The position numbers and the translations under genes are program-made. A stretch of 28,807 nt of DNA from Candidatus Aerophobota bacterium (GTDB lineage: Bacteria; Aerophobota; Aerophobia; Aerophobales; AE-B3A). This document shows positions 1 through 7,948 of this stretch, in pieces (the first letter of the stretch is position 1; each line of letters begins with the position of its first letter). The notes beneath the pieces were generated by a model. It had not been told where the DNA came from. It saw only the letters and a list, made by a program, of their open reading frames with translations, and made no database searches. The stretch spans positions 1-28,807 of the forward strand of contig JAUWAK010000001.1 of assembly GCA_030602105.1 (NCBI GenBank). The letters are read 5' to 3'.

Positions 1-1025
1 GGAAGATCAATCTTGTTAACCAGAATAAGTCTATTTTTCCCCCTGGTTTTCTGAAAGACAAGCTCATCTTCCTCAGTTAAGGCTAGAGAGCCGTCCACCA
101 TTAGAAAAACGATATCTGCCTGATTCATGCTGGAATGCGCTCGCCTGATTCCCTCTTGATTCACTACATCGCCTGTCACTCCCAGACCGGCCGTGTCAAC
201 GATGCACAGGGGAAAACCTTTCATGTTTATGCTCTCTTCTATGGTATCCCGGGTAGTTCCCGGGATGCAGGTCACGATGGCCCTTTCTCTATCAAGTAGT
301 GCATTCAAAAGGCTGGATTTACCAACATTGGGCCTCCCAATGATAACCGCCTTGATTCCTTCTCGATAAAGGGCGGCTGTCTCTCCCATTTCAATGAGAG
401 AATCCAGTTTGGTCAAAATTCGCCTCAGTTGCTTTTTTCTTGTGGTCCTTGATGGAGCAGGTATCTCCTCATCGGGAAATTCAATTTCTGCCTCGAGAGA
501 GGAAACGAGATCAACAATTTGTTCCTTCAGGAAGAGAATTTCCTCGGAAAACCTCCCTCTTAATCCATTTGCCGCTATCATCAAGGCTTCTTCTGTTTTT
601 GCTTGGATTACCTCCAGGACGCTCTCGGCCTGCGCAAGGTCTATTCTTCCGTTCAAAAAGGCTCGCCTGGTGAACTCACCAGGTTTGGCCAATCTTGCCC
701 CTAGCTTTAGTCCTAGCTGCAGGGTTTTTCGCAAAGGGAGAGGTCCACCGTGGCAGTTTATCTCCACGATATCCTCACGGGTGTAGGTCCTTGGTGAGCG
801 CATAAGGGTAAGAAGGACCTCATCCACTACCTCCTTTTCTTCCGGGTCCACTATCCAACCATAGTGGGTTCTGAAGGTAGAAGACCAGTTAACTCTGGAT
901 CCGTTGGAAGGGCGAAAGATCCTCTTGGCAATGGAGAAGGACTTTCTTCCGCTTATTCTCACAATGCCGATGCCGGATTGGCCAAGGGGAGTGGCCAGAG
1001 CGACAATAGTGTCCTCTTGATCCAT
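1..1025 (-). CDS. mnmE: tRNA modification GTPase MnmE (TrmE), 3' end runs off the window
   Basis: Hand translation from ATG at 1025: MDQEDTIVALATPLGQSGIGIVRISG...YTREDIVEINCHGG...PGEFTRRAFLNGRIDLAQAE...GRPNVGKSSLLNAL...PGTTRD...DTAG...VNKID. Not in the ORF track because there is no stop inside the window. Confidence 0.97.
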   Translation of the reverse strand, partial: MDQEDTIVALATPLGQSGIGIVRISGRKSFSIAKRIFRPSNGSRVNWSSTFRTHYGWIVDPEEKEVVDEVLLTLMRSPRTYTREDIVEINCHGGPLPLRKTLQLGLKLGARLAKPGEFTRRAFLNGRIDLAQAESVLEVIQAKTEEALMIAANGLRGRFSEEILFLKEQIVDLVSSLEAEIEFPDEEIPAPSRTTRKKQLRRILTKLDSLIEMGETAALYREGIKAVIIGRPNVGKSSLLNALLDRERAIVTCIPGTTRDTIEESINMKGFPLCIVDTAGLGVTGDVVNQEGIRRAHSSMNQADIVFLMVDGSLALTEEDELVFQKTRGKNRLILVNKIDL

Positions 1026-1026
1026 C

Positions 1027-2568
1027 TTATGTCTTTACCTGAACTACGGCTCTCTTTCTGGCAATAAGAAGATTTTGAAGGAGAGAGATAAGGGTGGAAG
1101 TGAACCAGTATAGCATGACTCCTGAGGGAAGAGACCAGAGGATGACGATTATAAAGATAGGGAAGAACTGCATCATTTTGGCCATTCCCTCTTGCTGTCC
1201 TCCTGCGGGACGTCCTTTTTGTGATACTCTTTGTTGAAGGAACATGAGTACACCCAAAACTAGGAGAAGAGGAATGTTGGGTTTTCCCAGATCCTTTATC
1301 CAGAGGAAGGAAGGATTCTCAGAGAAGTTAAAGTCGAGAAGGGATCGGTATAGAACGATGATGACGGGGAAGGGGAGCAGCATGGGGAGACACCCACCCA
1401 TAGGGTTAATCTTGTTCTTTTTGTACACTTTCATTATCTCTGCCTGCATAGCTCTCGGATCTCCCTTGAACTTCTTTTGTACCGCTTGAATCTCTGGTTG
1501 AATCAGACTCATCTTTTGCATGGACTCATATTGTTTGAAAGTCAAGGGGAGCATGATTCCCTGGATGATGAGGGTGAGAAGAATAATGGCCAGGCCATAG
1601 TTTCCAGTGAGCTCATAAAGGAAAATGAGACCTCTTTGCAGTCCCACCGAGAGATGACCAAAAATTCCAAGTTTTATGGCGTCTGTTAAGTGATAGTCCT
1701 CCCCTGTTATCTCCCGTATCTGCTTGTTGACCAATCTAAGTTCTGAATAGCTCTGAGGTCCACCGTAGACAATCCATTGGCTCTTCGTCTGACTATCTTT
1801 GAATCCCCAAAGAGTACTCTGGAATACTCCTCCCCGGGGAGGCCTCAAGGAGGCCAAAATAATAAGGTACTTCTTGGCCCGAATTCCCATCCATTTTATT
1901 TCTCTGCCGTAGCTCCTTCTAACCCCCTCTTTGAACTCCTGCTCAAGGATGTCACCAGACGAGAAAGCTAACTGTTCTCCCCCTTCACCTTCCCTTCCGG
2001 TGGCCTTTTGCCAGAGAAGATAGTACTCGCCTCCCAAGGGAAGGTTATTTATCCGGAGGGTGACGAGTCCCTGACTACCCGAGAGAGGAATTTCGAAAGT
2101 CTTAACCACCTCCAGACCTTCTTCATTTCGCCAATTGAAGGTGACTCTTTTGGCCTCTTCCTCAAGCCTCGATCGGAAAACAATTCTGTTCAAATCTATC
2201 ATTGTTGCACCGGGGAGCGACAACTTCAGGTCCAAGGTGAGAGTTCCTTCCTTTATTAGCTCTCTTTTGGATTTCTTCTCATACCAGGACTTGATTCTTC
2301 CTCCTTGAGAAGTCAGCACTATTTTGAGCTGGTTGTTTTCCAGCACGAACTCTTGAGCTCGTTGCAGCAGAGGCACCCTTTCCTCTACTGGCATCTCTCC
2401 TACTTCCGGTATCTCCCTTATCTCGGGGGGTTTCTCTTCCTCTACAACAGGGCCAGTTTCCTGCACCTGGGGAGGGACGGTCGGGCGATTTAGAACAAAA
2501 ATATTGTAGACTACGAGTATCCCCACTGAGAGAACAATCGCCACAATAAGGTTTTTCTCCATCTGCAT
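1027..2568 (-). CDS. yidC: Membrane protein insertase YidC (diderm type with periplasmic domain)
   Basis: N-terminal TM anchor, periplasmic domain, then GNYGLAIILLT, KQYESMQKM, NPMGGCLP, FLWIKDL, LPSGVMLYW; lies between yidD and mnmE. The start could be 2568 or 2562. Confidence 0.96.
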   Translation of the reverse strand: MQMEKNLIVAIVLSVGILVVYNIFVLNRPTVPPQVQETGPVVEEEKPPEIREIPEVGEMPVEERVPLLQRAQEFVLENNQLKIVLTSQGGRIKSWYEKKSKRELIKEGTLTLDLKLSLPGATMIDLNRIVFRSRLEEEAKRVTFNWRNEEGLEVVKTFEIPLSGSQGLVTLRINNLPLGGEYYLLWQKATGREGEGGEQLAFSSGDILEQEFKEGVRRSYGREIKWMGIRAKKYLIILASLRPPRGGVFQSTLWGFKDSQTKSQWIVYGGPQSYSELRLVNKQIREITGEDYHLTDAIKLGIFGHLSVGLQRGLIFLYELTGNYGLAIILLTLIIQGIMLPLTFKQYESMQKMSLIQPEIQAVQKKFKGDPRAMQAEIMKVYKKNKINPMGGCLPMLLPFPVIIVLYRSLLDFNFSENPSFLWIKDLGKPNIPLLLVLGVLMFLQQRVSQKGRPAGGQQEGMAKMMQFFPIFIIVILWSLPSGVMLYWFTSTLISLLQNLLIARKRAVVQVKT

Positions 2569-2578
2569 ACAGTCCCCA

Positions 2579-2836
2579 CTATCTTACAGGATCGTAGCCC
2601 CCCGGATGAAAGGAATGACAGCGAAGTATTCGTCTCATTCCCAGCCAGACTCCTTGAGCTAACCCATATTCTTCGATGGCTTGAAGAGAGTATTCTGAGC
2701 AACTGGGATAAAATCGACAGGAAGGAGGGAGGGACGGGGAAATGCAGCGCTGATAGAATATCACCATCCCTATCCCTAATTTGTCAATAACTCTTGACTT
2801 CTTGATTCTTTCTTTTGTTGGTTGAGGAGATTTCAT
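2579..2836 (-). CDS. yidD: Membrane protein insertion efficiency factor YidD
   Basis: [26 protein letters not shown]...[20 protein letters not shown] signature; directly upstream of yidC. Confidence 0.96.
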   Translation of the reverse strand: MKSPQPTKERIKKSRVIDKLGIGMVIFYQRCISPSLPPSCRFYPSCSEYSLQAIEEYGLAQGVWLGMRRILRCHSFHPGGYDPVR

Positions 2837-2877
2837 CCTGATGCTCTTGTACCTTCCATCCTATAGCTTGCCCATTT

Positions 2878-2907
2878 ATTATAGCTTACTCTATCCTGTC
2901 TTGTCAA
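2878..2907 (-). promoter_or_regulatory. sigma70-type promoter for yidD-yidC-mnmE
   Basis: The minus strand reads TTGACA-18 nt-TATAAT (-35 at 2907-2902, -10 at 2883-2878), about 40 nt upstream of the yidD ATG. Confidence 0.8.
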
Positions 2908-3032
2908 GAAAAGCTCCCTGCCCCAAGCAGGATAGGATTCCCCGGAGACCATCGCACAACCGAGATTAAGGATAGGCAGAAACACTTCTGAGGGATGTTG
3001 AGCCAGCCATGGGAAAAACCTTCCGATATTTC

Positions 3033-3061
3033 TTGACAACTGCCCCCGCTTGTATTACCCT
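3033..3061 (+). promoter_or_regulatory. Possible sigma70 promoter for the hom-rpsB operon
   Basis: TTGACA at 3033-3038, 17-nt spacer, weak -10 TACCCT at 3056-3061. Confidence 0.4.
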
Positions 3062-3150
3062 TAGTCAGTGGAATTCCGACAGAATTGGAATGACTAGAAA
3101 AAGAGCAAAAATTTCTAGGTAATTTAGGACATAAGAGTTCCAAGAGTCAT

Positions 3151-3184
3151 AATGCTTAAGGGGTTTTCCTCTTAAGTATTTTGT
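3151..3184 (+). terminator. Terminator-like or operator-like hairpin just upstream of hom
   Basis: AATGCTTAAGGGG-TTTT-CCTCTTAAGTATT forms a 13-bp stem (2 G-U pairs), followed by TTGT. Confidence 0.5.
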
Positions 3185-3197
3185 AAACAGGCAGAGC

Positions 3198-4472
3198 GTG
3201 AAGAAGAAAGTTCATCTAGGTATTTTTGGACTGGGCACTGTGGGTACGGGAGTAGTGGAACTTCTACTCAAAAGGAAGCAGATGGTGGGAGACTGCCAGG
3301 TCGTCTTGGAGAAGGTAGCGGTGAGACACAAAAGGAAAAAAAGGGCTGTTTCCCTACCTTCCAGTCTCTTAACCACCAGTCCTGAGGATATTCTGCGAGA
3401 TCCTAAGATCGATACAGTGATTGAGGTCATGGGAGGAGTAAATCCTGCCAGAGAGATCATCCTGGAAGCGCTTAGAAGAAGAAAGAATGTGGTCACCGCC
3501 AACAAGGCTCTTTTGGCCAGAGCGGGCAGTGAAATCTTCAAAGAGGCTATGGAAAATGACTGCTACCTGGGAGTAAGGGCTTCCAATATTGCCAGTTATC
3601 GGCTCATAGAGAGTCTGAGTTTTTCTCCGTCCAGAATTAGCAAACTCGTTGGAGTGTTTAATGGGACTTGTAATTATATTTTAACCGAGATGGAGAGAAA
3701 AGAGGAGGATTTTTCTACCGTTCTAGGAAGGGCACAGAAAATGGGTTACACAGAAAGGGACCCCTCCGACGATGTCGATGGCTACGACACGGCCCATAAA
3801 CTGATAGTTCTTTTGGGACTGTCATTGGGGTATTTTCCTCCCCTGGGCTCCATTCTTGTTGAGGGAATCAGGAACATTTCCCCCCTGGACGTTATTTTTG
3901 CCAGAGAGTTGGGTTACCGCATAAAGCTTCTGGCCATCGCTAAAATTCAAGGCAATGATCTGGAGGCACGGGTTCATCCGGCTCTCCTTCCCAGAGACAG
4001 GGGTCTGGCGAGACTGGAGGGAATAGAAAACGGAATTGAACTCAGGGATGAGGTGGGACTGGAGATCGGAATGCAAGCGCCAGGAGCAGGTAAGTATCCT
4101 ACGGCAACTGCTATACTCGAAGACCTTATATGTGTTGCCAGGGGGAGGAAATTAGCGTTCCCCTCGGACAAGAAAAAGCTTTCCTTGAGGGGAATGGGAG
4201 GAATAGAGACCCAGTACTATTTGAGGCTCAGCGCCCTGGACGAAGCGGGGGTTTTGGGCAAAATCTCATGTGTTCTGGGAGAACACGGCATCAGCATTAA
4301 GTCTGTTCTGCAGAAAGGAAGGGATGAGAAAAAAAGAAAATCCGTTCCTCTAATTATGCTCACCCATGAGGCAAGGGAGGAGAATCTGCAGAAGGCCCTC
4401 AAAAGGATGGAGAAGCTGCCGGTAGTTAAAGAAAAGCCTGTCCTAATGAGGGTAGAGGAGGGGATCTTTTGA
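3198..4472 (+). CDS. hom: Homoserine dehydrogenase with C-terminal ACT domain (one atypical motif)
   Basis: GLGTVG Rossmann motif, VVTANKAL, NGTCNYILTEM, DVDGYDTAHK, GAG..PTA.AI..D, ACT domain (DEAGVLGKIS). GTG start. Confidence 0.9.
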   Translation: MKKKVHLGIFGLGTVGTGVVELLLKRKQMVGDCQVVLEKVAVRHKRKKRAVSLPSSLLTTSPEDILRDPKIDTVIEVMGGVNPAREIILEALRRRKNVVTANKALLARAGSEIFKEAMENDCYLGVRASNIASYRLIESLSFSPSRISKLVGVFNGTCNYILTEMERKEEDFSTVLGRAQKMGYTERDPSDDVDGYDTAHKLIVLLGLSLGYFPPLGSILVEGIRNISPLDVIFARELGYRIKLLAIAKIQGNDLEARVHPALLPRDRGLARLEGIENGIELRDEVGLEIGMQAPGAGKYPTATAILEDLICVARGRKLAFPSDKKKLSLRGMGGIETQYYLRLSALDEAGVLGKISCVLGEHGISIKSVLQKGRDEKKRKSVPLIMLTHEAREENLQKALKRMEKLPVVKEKPVLMRVEEGIF

Positions 4473-4526
4473 GAGATGCTCTCGGAGCCAGATCAAAGTA
4501 ACCAAAGCATAAGGAGGACAATAGAG

Positions 4527-5804
4527 ATGCCTATAGTAACTATGAGAGAGCTGCTGGAAGCAGGAGCTCATTTTGGTCACCGAAAGAGCGCTTGGAATCC
4601 TAAAATGAAGCCTTACATCTACATTCAGCGAAATCAAATGCATATTCTGGACCTCAGTACAACAGTCAGAAAGATAGATGAGGCCTATCGTTTCGTGAAG
4701 AACCTGACTATGAATGGGGGACAAATCTTGCTTGTTGGAACTAAGCAGCAGGCCAAGAAATGTATTGAGGCTGCGGCGAAAAGATGCGGCACGGTCTATA
4801 TTAACAGCCGGTGGCTAGGTGGATTTCTCACCAACTTTTCTACCATGAAAAGCTTGCTTGAGAAACTGCGCCAACTCGAACTGGAGGAAAGCCAGGGAAT
4901 ATGGGAGGCTCTTCCCAAAAAAGAAGAAATGCATCTACGCAGACACTTGGAGAAGCTGAGGCGTAATCTCACAGGAACTAAGGATTTGAACAGCCTTCCC
5001 CAGGCTATCTTTGTTGCGGATATAAAGGTGGAGGAAATAGCTGTAGCAGAAGCAAGAAAACTGGGTATCCCGATTGTGGCCATTGTAGATTCTAACTGTG
5101 ATCCTGATCCCGTGGACTACCTGATACCTGCCAACGATGATGCCATAAAGAGCATTACTCTCATTGTTGGCAAGATCGCTGATGCTGCCCTTGAAGGAAG
5201 GCAACTTTGGGAAAAAAAGAAGGCGGAAGTGGAAGAAAAAGAGCGGGAAACTAAAGCGGAAGAGCTCGTCGAAGAAGTCAAAGAAGAAGAAGAAGTCAAA
5301 GAAGAAGTCAAAGAAGAAGTCAAAGAAGAAGTCAAAGAAGAAGTCAAAAAAGAAGTCAAAAAAGAAGTCAAAAAAGAAGAAGTTAAGGAAGGAACCGAAG
5401 AGAAGGAGGAAGTAAGGGAGGAAGCTAAAGAAAAACCACCGAGGAAGATGAGAGAAGCAAAAGATGAGGGGGTTGAAGAAGAAAAAGGAGTGGCAGAAGA
5501 AAGAATACAGCAAAAGATAGTTGCAGAAGAGGTGGCAGAGAGGGAAGGTAAAGCTAAGGGTAGGCCTAGAGAAAAAACTGAAGAAGAAACCAAAAAGAAA
5601 ACTGAACGAAAACCTCGCGAAAAGGCTAAAGAGAAACCTGCGGAGAAAACCGAGAAGACAACTAAGAAGAAAAGCAAAGGCAAGGCTGAAGATAAAACTA
5701 GAGAAAAAGACAAAGAGGAAGCTAGACAGGGAACAAAAGGAGAAACAAGACGGAAAGCCAAGAAAGCCGGAAAAACTGAGGAAGTTGAACCTGAAGCAAC
5801 TTAG
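4527..5804 (+). CDS. rpsB: 30S ribosomal protein S2 with ~200-aa Glu/Lys-rich C-terminal extension
   Basis: [18 protein letters not shown]...WNPKMKPYI...[10 protein letters not shown]...[18 protein letters not shown] at 4511-4517 supports ATG 4527 over the ORF-track start at 4476. Confidence 0.97.
   Translation: MPIVTMRELLEAGAHFGHRKSAWNPKMKPYIYIQRNQMHILDLSTTVRKIDEAYRFVKNLTMNGGQILLVGTKQQAKKCIEAAAKRCGTVYINSRWLGGFLTNFSTMKSLLEKLRQLELEESQGIWEALPKKEEMHLRRHLEKLRRNLTGTKDLNSLPQAIFVADIKVEEIAVAEARKLGIPIVAIVDSNCDPDPVDYLIPANDDAIKSITLIVGKIADAALEGRQLWEKKKAEVEEKERETKAEELVEEVKEEEEVKEEVKEEVKEEVKEEVKKEVKKEVKKEEVKEGTEEKEEVREEAKEKPPRKMREAKDEGVEEEKGVAEERIQQKIVAEEVAEREGKAKGRPREKTEEETKKKTERKPREKAKEKPAEKTEKTTKKKSKGKAEDKTREKDKEEARQGTKGETRRKAKKAGKTEEVEPEAT
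5271..5372 (+). repeat. In-frame 12-nt tandem repeat (GAAGAAGTCAAA / AAAGAAGTCAAA; EEVK/KEVK) within rpsB
   Basis: One copy at 5271-5282, five perfect tandem copies at 5289-5348 and two variant copies at 5349-5372. Confidence 0.95.
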
Positions 5805-5933
5805 GCAGCCTGAAAAAGCCAGGAAATGCTAAAGTGTAATGATCCGGTGAAAAAAGGGAAAGTAGACGAAAAATCTGCTGGCGACGACGAAGCAAAATTG
5901 TAGATAGAGAAGAGCAAAACGGAGGTTTGATTC

Positions 5934-6545
5934 ATGGGTATTTCGTTGGATACGATAAGAAAATTGCGTGAGGAGACTTTGGCGGGAGTTCTTGATTGTA
6001 AGAAAGCTCTTGTCGAGGCCAAGGGCAACATCCCTGAAGCCAAAAAAATCTTGAGGAAAAGGGGGATAAAGATTGCGGAGAAGAAGAGTGGTGAGAAGAC
6101 CGCTCAGGGCATTATTGCCTCCTATGTTCATCACGATAGAAAGGTAGGGGTGCTGGTGGAGATTCACTCCCAGTCTGATTTCGTAACCAGAAATACGGAG
6201 TTGCAGTCATTTGCCAAGGATGTGGCCATGCACATTGCGGCCTTTGATCCTCAGTGGATTTCGCCTGAGGAAATTCCAATCTCAGTTCTAAAGGAAGAGA
6301 AAGGTATTCTCAGGGAGGAAGCGGAAAAAGAAGGCAAGCCCCAGCATATACTGGAGAAGATTGTGGAGGGCCGCTTGAGGAAATTTCATGCTCGAGTATG
6401 TCTTCTGGAGCAGCCATTTTTCAGGGATGATAAGAAAAAGGTCCTTGATTGTCTTAGGGAGTTGATAGCCAAAGTTGGGGAAAACGTGAAGATTGACCGC
6501 TTTGTCAGGTATAAGCTAAGGGAGGATCATGAGAGTACGGAATGA
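5934..6545 (+). CDS. tsf: Elongation factor Ts (short ~200-aa form)
   Basis: [34 protein letters not shown]...CLLEQPF; between rpsB and pyrH. Confidence 0.96.
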   Translation: MGISLDTIRKLREETLAGVLDCKKALVEAKGNIPEAKKILRKRGIKIAEKKSGEKTAQGIIASYVHHDRKVGVLVEIHSQSDFVTRNTELQSFAKDVAMHIAAFDPQWISPEEIPISVLKEEKGILREEAEKEGKPQHILEKIVEGRLRKFHARVCLLEQPFFRDDKKKVLDCLRELIAKVGENVKIDRFVRYKLREDHESTE

Positions 6546-7264
6546 ATAAGTCAAAAATCAAATGGGAAAAGGTGGTTCTCAAGATAGGTGGGGAAAGCTT
6601 AGCTGGCAAGAGTGGGTACGGGATTTCCTCCACTCAGGTAAACGTGGTAGCGAGGGAAATTAGAAAAGTCAGGGAGCTAGGGGTCCAAATGGGAGTAATG
6701 GTGGGAGGGGGCAATATTCTCAGGGGTAAGGTAGCCTCAGAGCAAGGAGTTGACCGAGCTACTGCTGATTACATGGGGATGCTGGCGACCATCATCAACG
6801 CTTTGGCTCTACAGGATACGCTGGAGCGAATGGGAGTAGTTACCAGAGTCCAGACGGCTATTGAAATGCAGGAAATTGCTGAGCCTTATATACGAAGAAG
6901 GCTTTTGCGTCATTTAGAGAAGGGTAGGGTCATCATCTTTGCCGGTGGAACAGGAAATCCTTATTTTAGTACAGACACGGCAGCAGCCCTCAGGGCTCTA
7001 GAGATGGGAGCCCAGGTGATTCTAAAGGCTACCAAGGTGGATGGAGTCTATTCCTCCGATCCTCTAAAGAACAGCGGTGCTAAGAAATTTGACATGATAA
7101 AGTATGGAGAATTCTTGAAAAGAAGGCTGGGAGTCATTGATGCTACCGCTGTTTCACTCTGCATGGATAACCACTTGCCCATTGTTGTTTTCAATTTGCA
7201 CAAAAGTGGAAACATCAAGAGAATTGTTTTGGGAGAGAGGGCAGGGACTATAATCGCCGACTAA
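6542..7264 (+). CDS. pyrH: UMP kinase
   Basis: [44 protein letters not shown]; ATGA overlap with tsf. Confidence 0.97.
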   Translation: MNKSKIKWEKVVLKIGGESLAGKSGYGISSTQVNVVAREIRKVRELGVQMGVMVGGGNILRGKVASEQGVDRATADYMGMLATIINALALQDTLERMGVVTRVQTAIEMQEIAEPYIRRRLLRHLEKGRVIIFAGGTGNPYFSTDTAAALRALEMGAQVILKATKVDGVYSSDPLKNSGAKKFDMIKYGEFLKRRLGVIDATAVSLCMDNHLPIVVFNLHKSGNIKRIVLGERAGTIIAD

Positions 7265-7363
7265 TCGTGCCATCATAACCTCCTCTTTGAGACAATATCG
7301 CCTGAGAACCCTGCCGTTTCCCGAAGTTCCTTTTCCTAAAACTAAAAGCAAAGGGAGGAACCC

Positions 7364-7921
7364 ATGGTGAAGGAAACCTATGAAGAAGCCAGCCAGAAGA
7401 TGGATCATTCCGTTGAGAATCTCAGCAGAAGGTACGCTAGATTACGAGGGGATAGAGCCAGGGTGGACTTGGTACAAGATATAAAAGTAGACTGTTACGG
7501 GTCGAAGATGAATATCAAGCAACTTGCTAATATTTCCATCCCTGAACCTCGCCTTGTGGTCATAGAACCCTGGGATAAATCCATGCTGGCAAATATTGAG
7601 AGGGCTATCTTAACTTCCGAATTAGGCATAAATCCCAGTAATGACGGAAACCTAATCCGATTGACTATCCCACCTTTGACAGAGGAGAGAAGAGAAGAAA
7701 TAGCTCGAATGGTGAAACAGTGGGGTGAGGAGGCGAAGGTTGTCGTCAGGAACTGCCGGCGTGAGGCAAGAGAGAAAGTGGAGCAGTTGGAGAAGGAAAA
7801 CGAGATTTCTGAAGATGAAACGAGACGGGCACAGAAAGAGATCCAGACTCTTACCGATGACTTCATCACCAGGATAGATGAAATACAGGAAAAGAAGGTA
7901 AAGGAAGTACGCCAGGTCTAA
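7364..7921 (+). CDS. frr: Ribosome recycling factor
   Basis: IEPWDKS, NPSNDG..IR..IPPLTEERR, SED......EIQ.LTD; follows pyrH. Confidence 0.96.
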   Translation: MVKETYEEASQKMDHSVENLSRRYARLRGDRARVDLVQDIKVDCYGSKMNIKQLANISIPEPRLVVIEPWDKSMLANIERAILTSELGINPSNDGNLIRLTIPPLTEERREEIARMVKQWGEEAKVVVRNCRREAREKVEQLEKENEISEDETRRAQKEIQTLTDDFITRIDEIQEKKVKEVRQV

Positions 7922-7948
7922 TCAGCTGCTATACTAGCTGAGGCGCGA

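Noticed and set aside
394-1067. Plus-strand ORFs at the left edge
   Set aside because: Antisense to mnmE, which explains the region.
2836-3197. oriC at the strand-divergence point next to yidD
   Set aside because: No TTATCCACA-like DnaA boxes, no AT-rich unwinding element and no dnaA.
3062-3197. Known T-box, SAM-I or lysine riboswitch before hom
   Set aside because: Too short, and lacks their consensus sequences (for example AGGGTGGNACC for T-box).
4935-5761. Long antisense ORFs (4935..5513, 5117..5761) and alternate-frame poly-Lys ORFs over rpsB
   Set aside because: Shadows of the purine-rich low-complexity tail, which lacks stops in other frames; no SD or recognisable domain.
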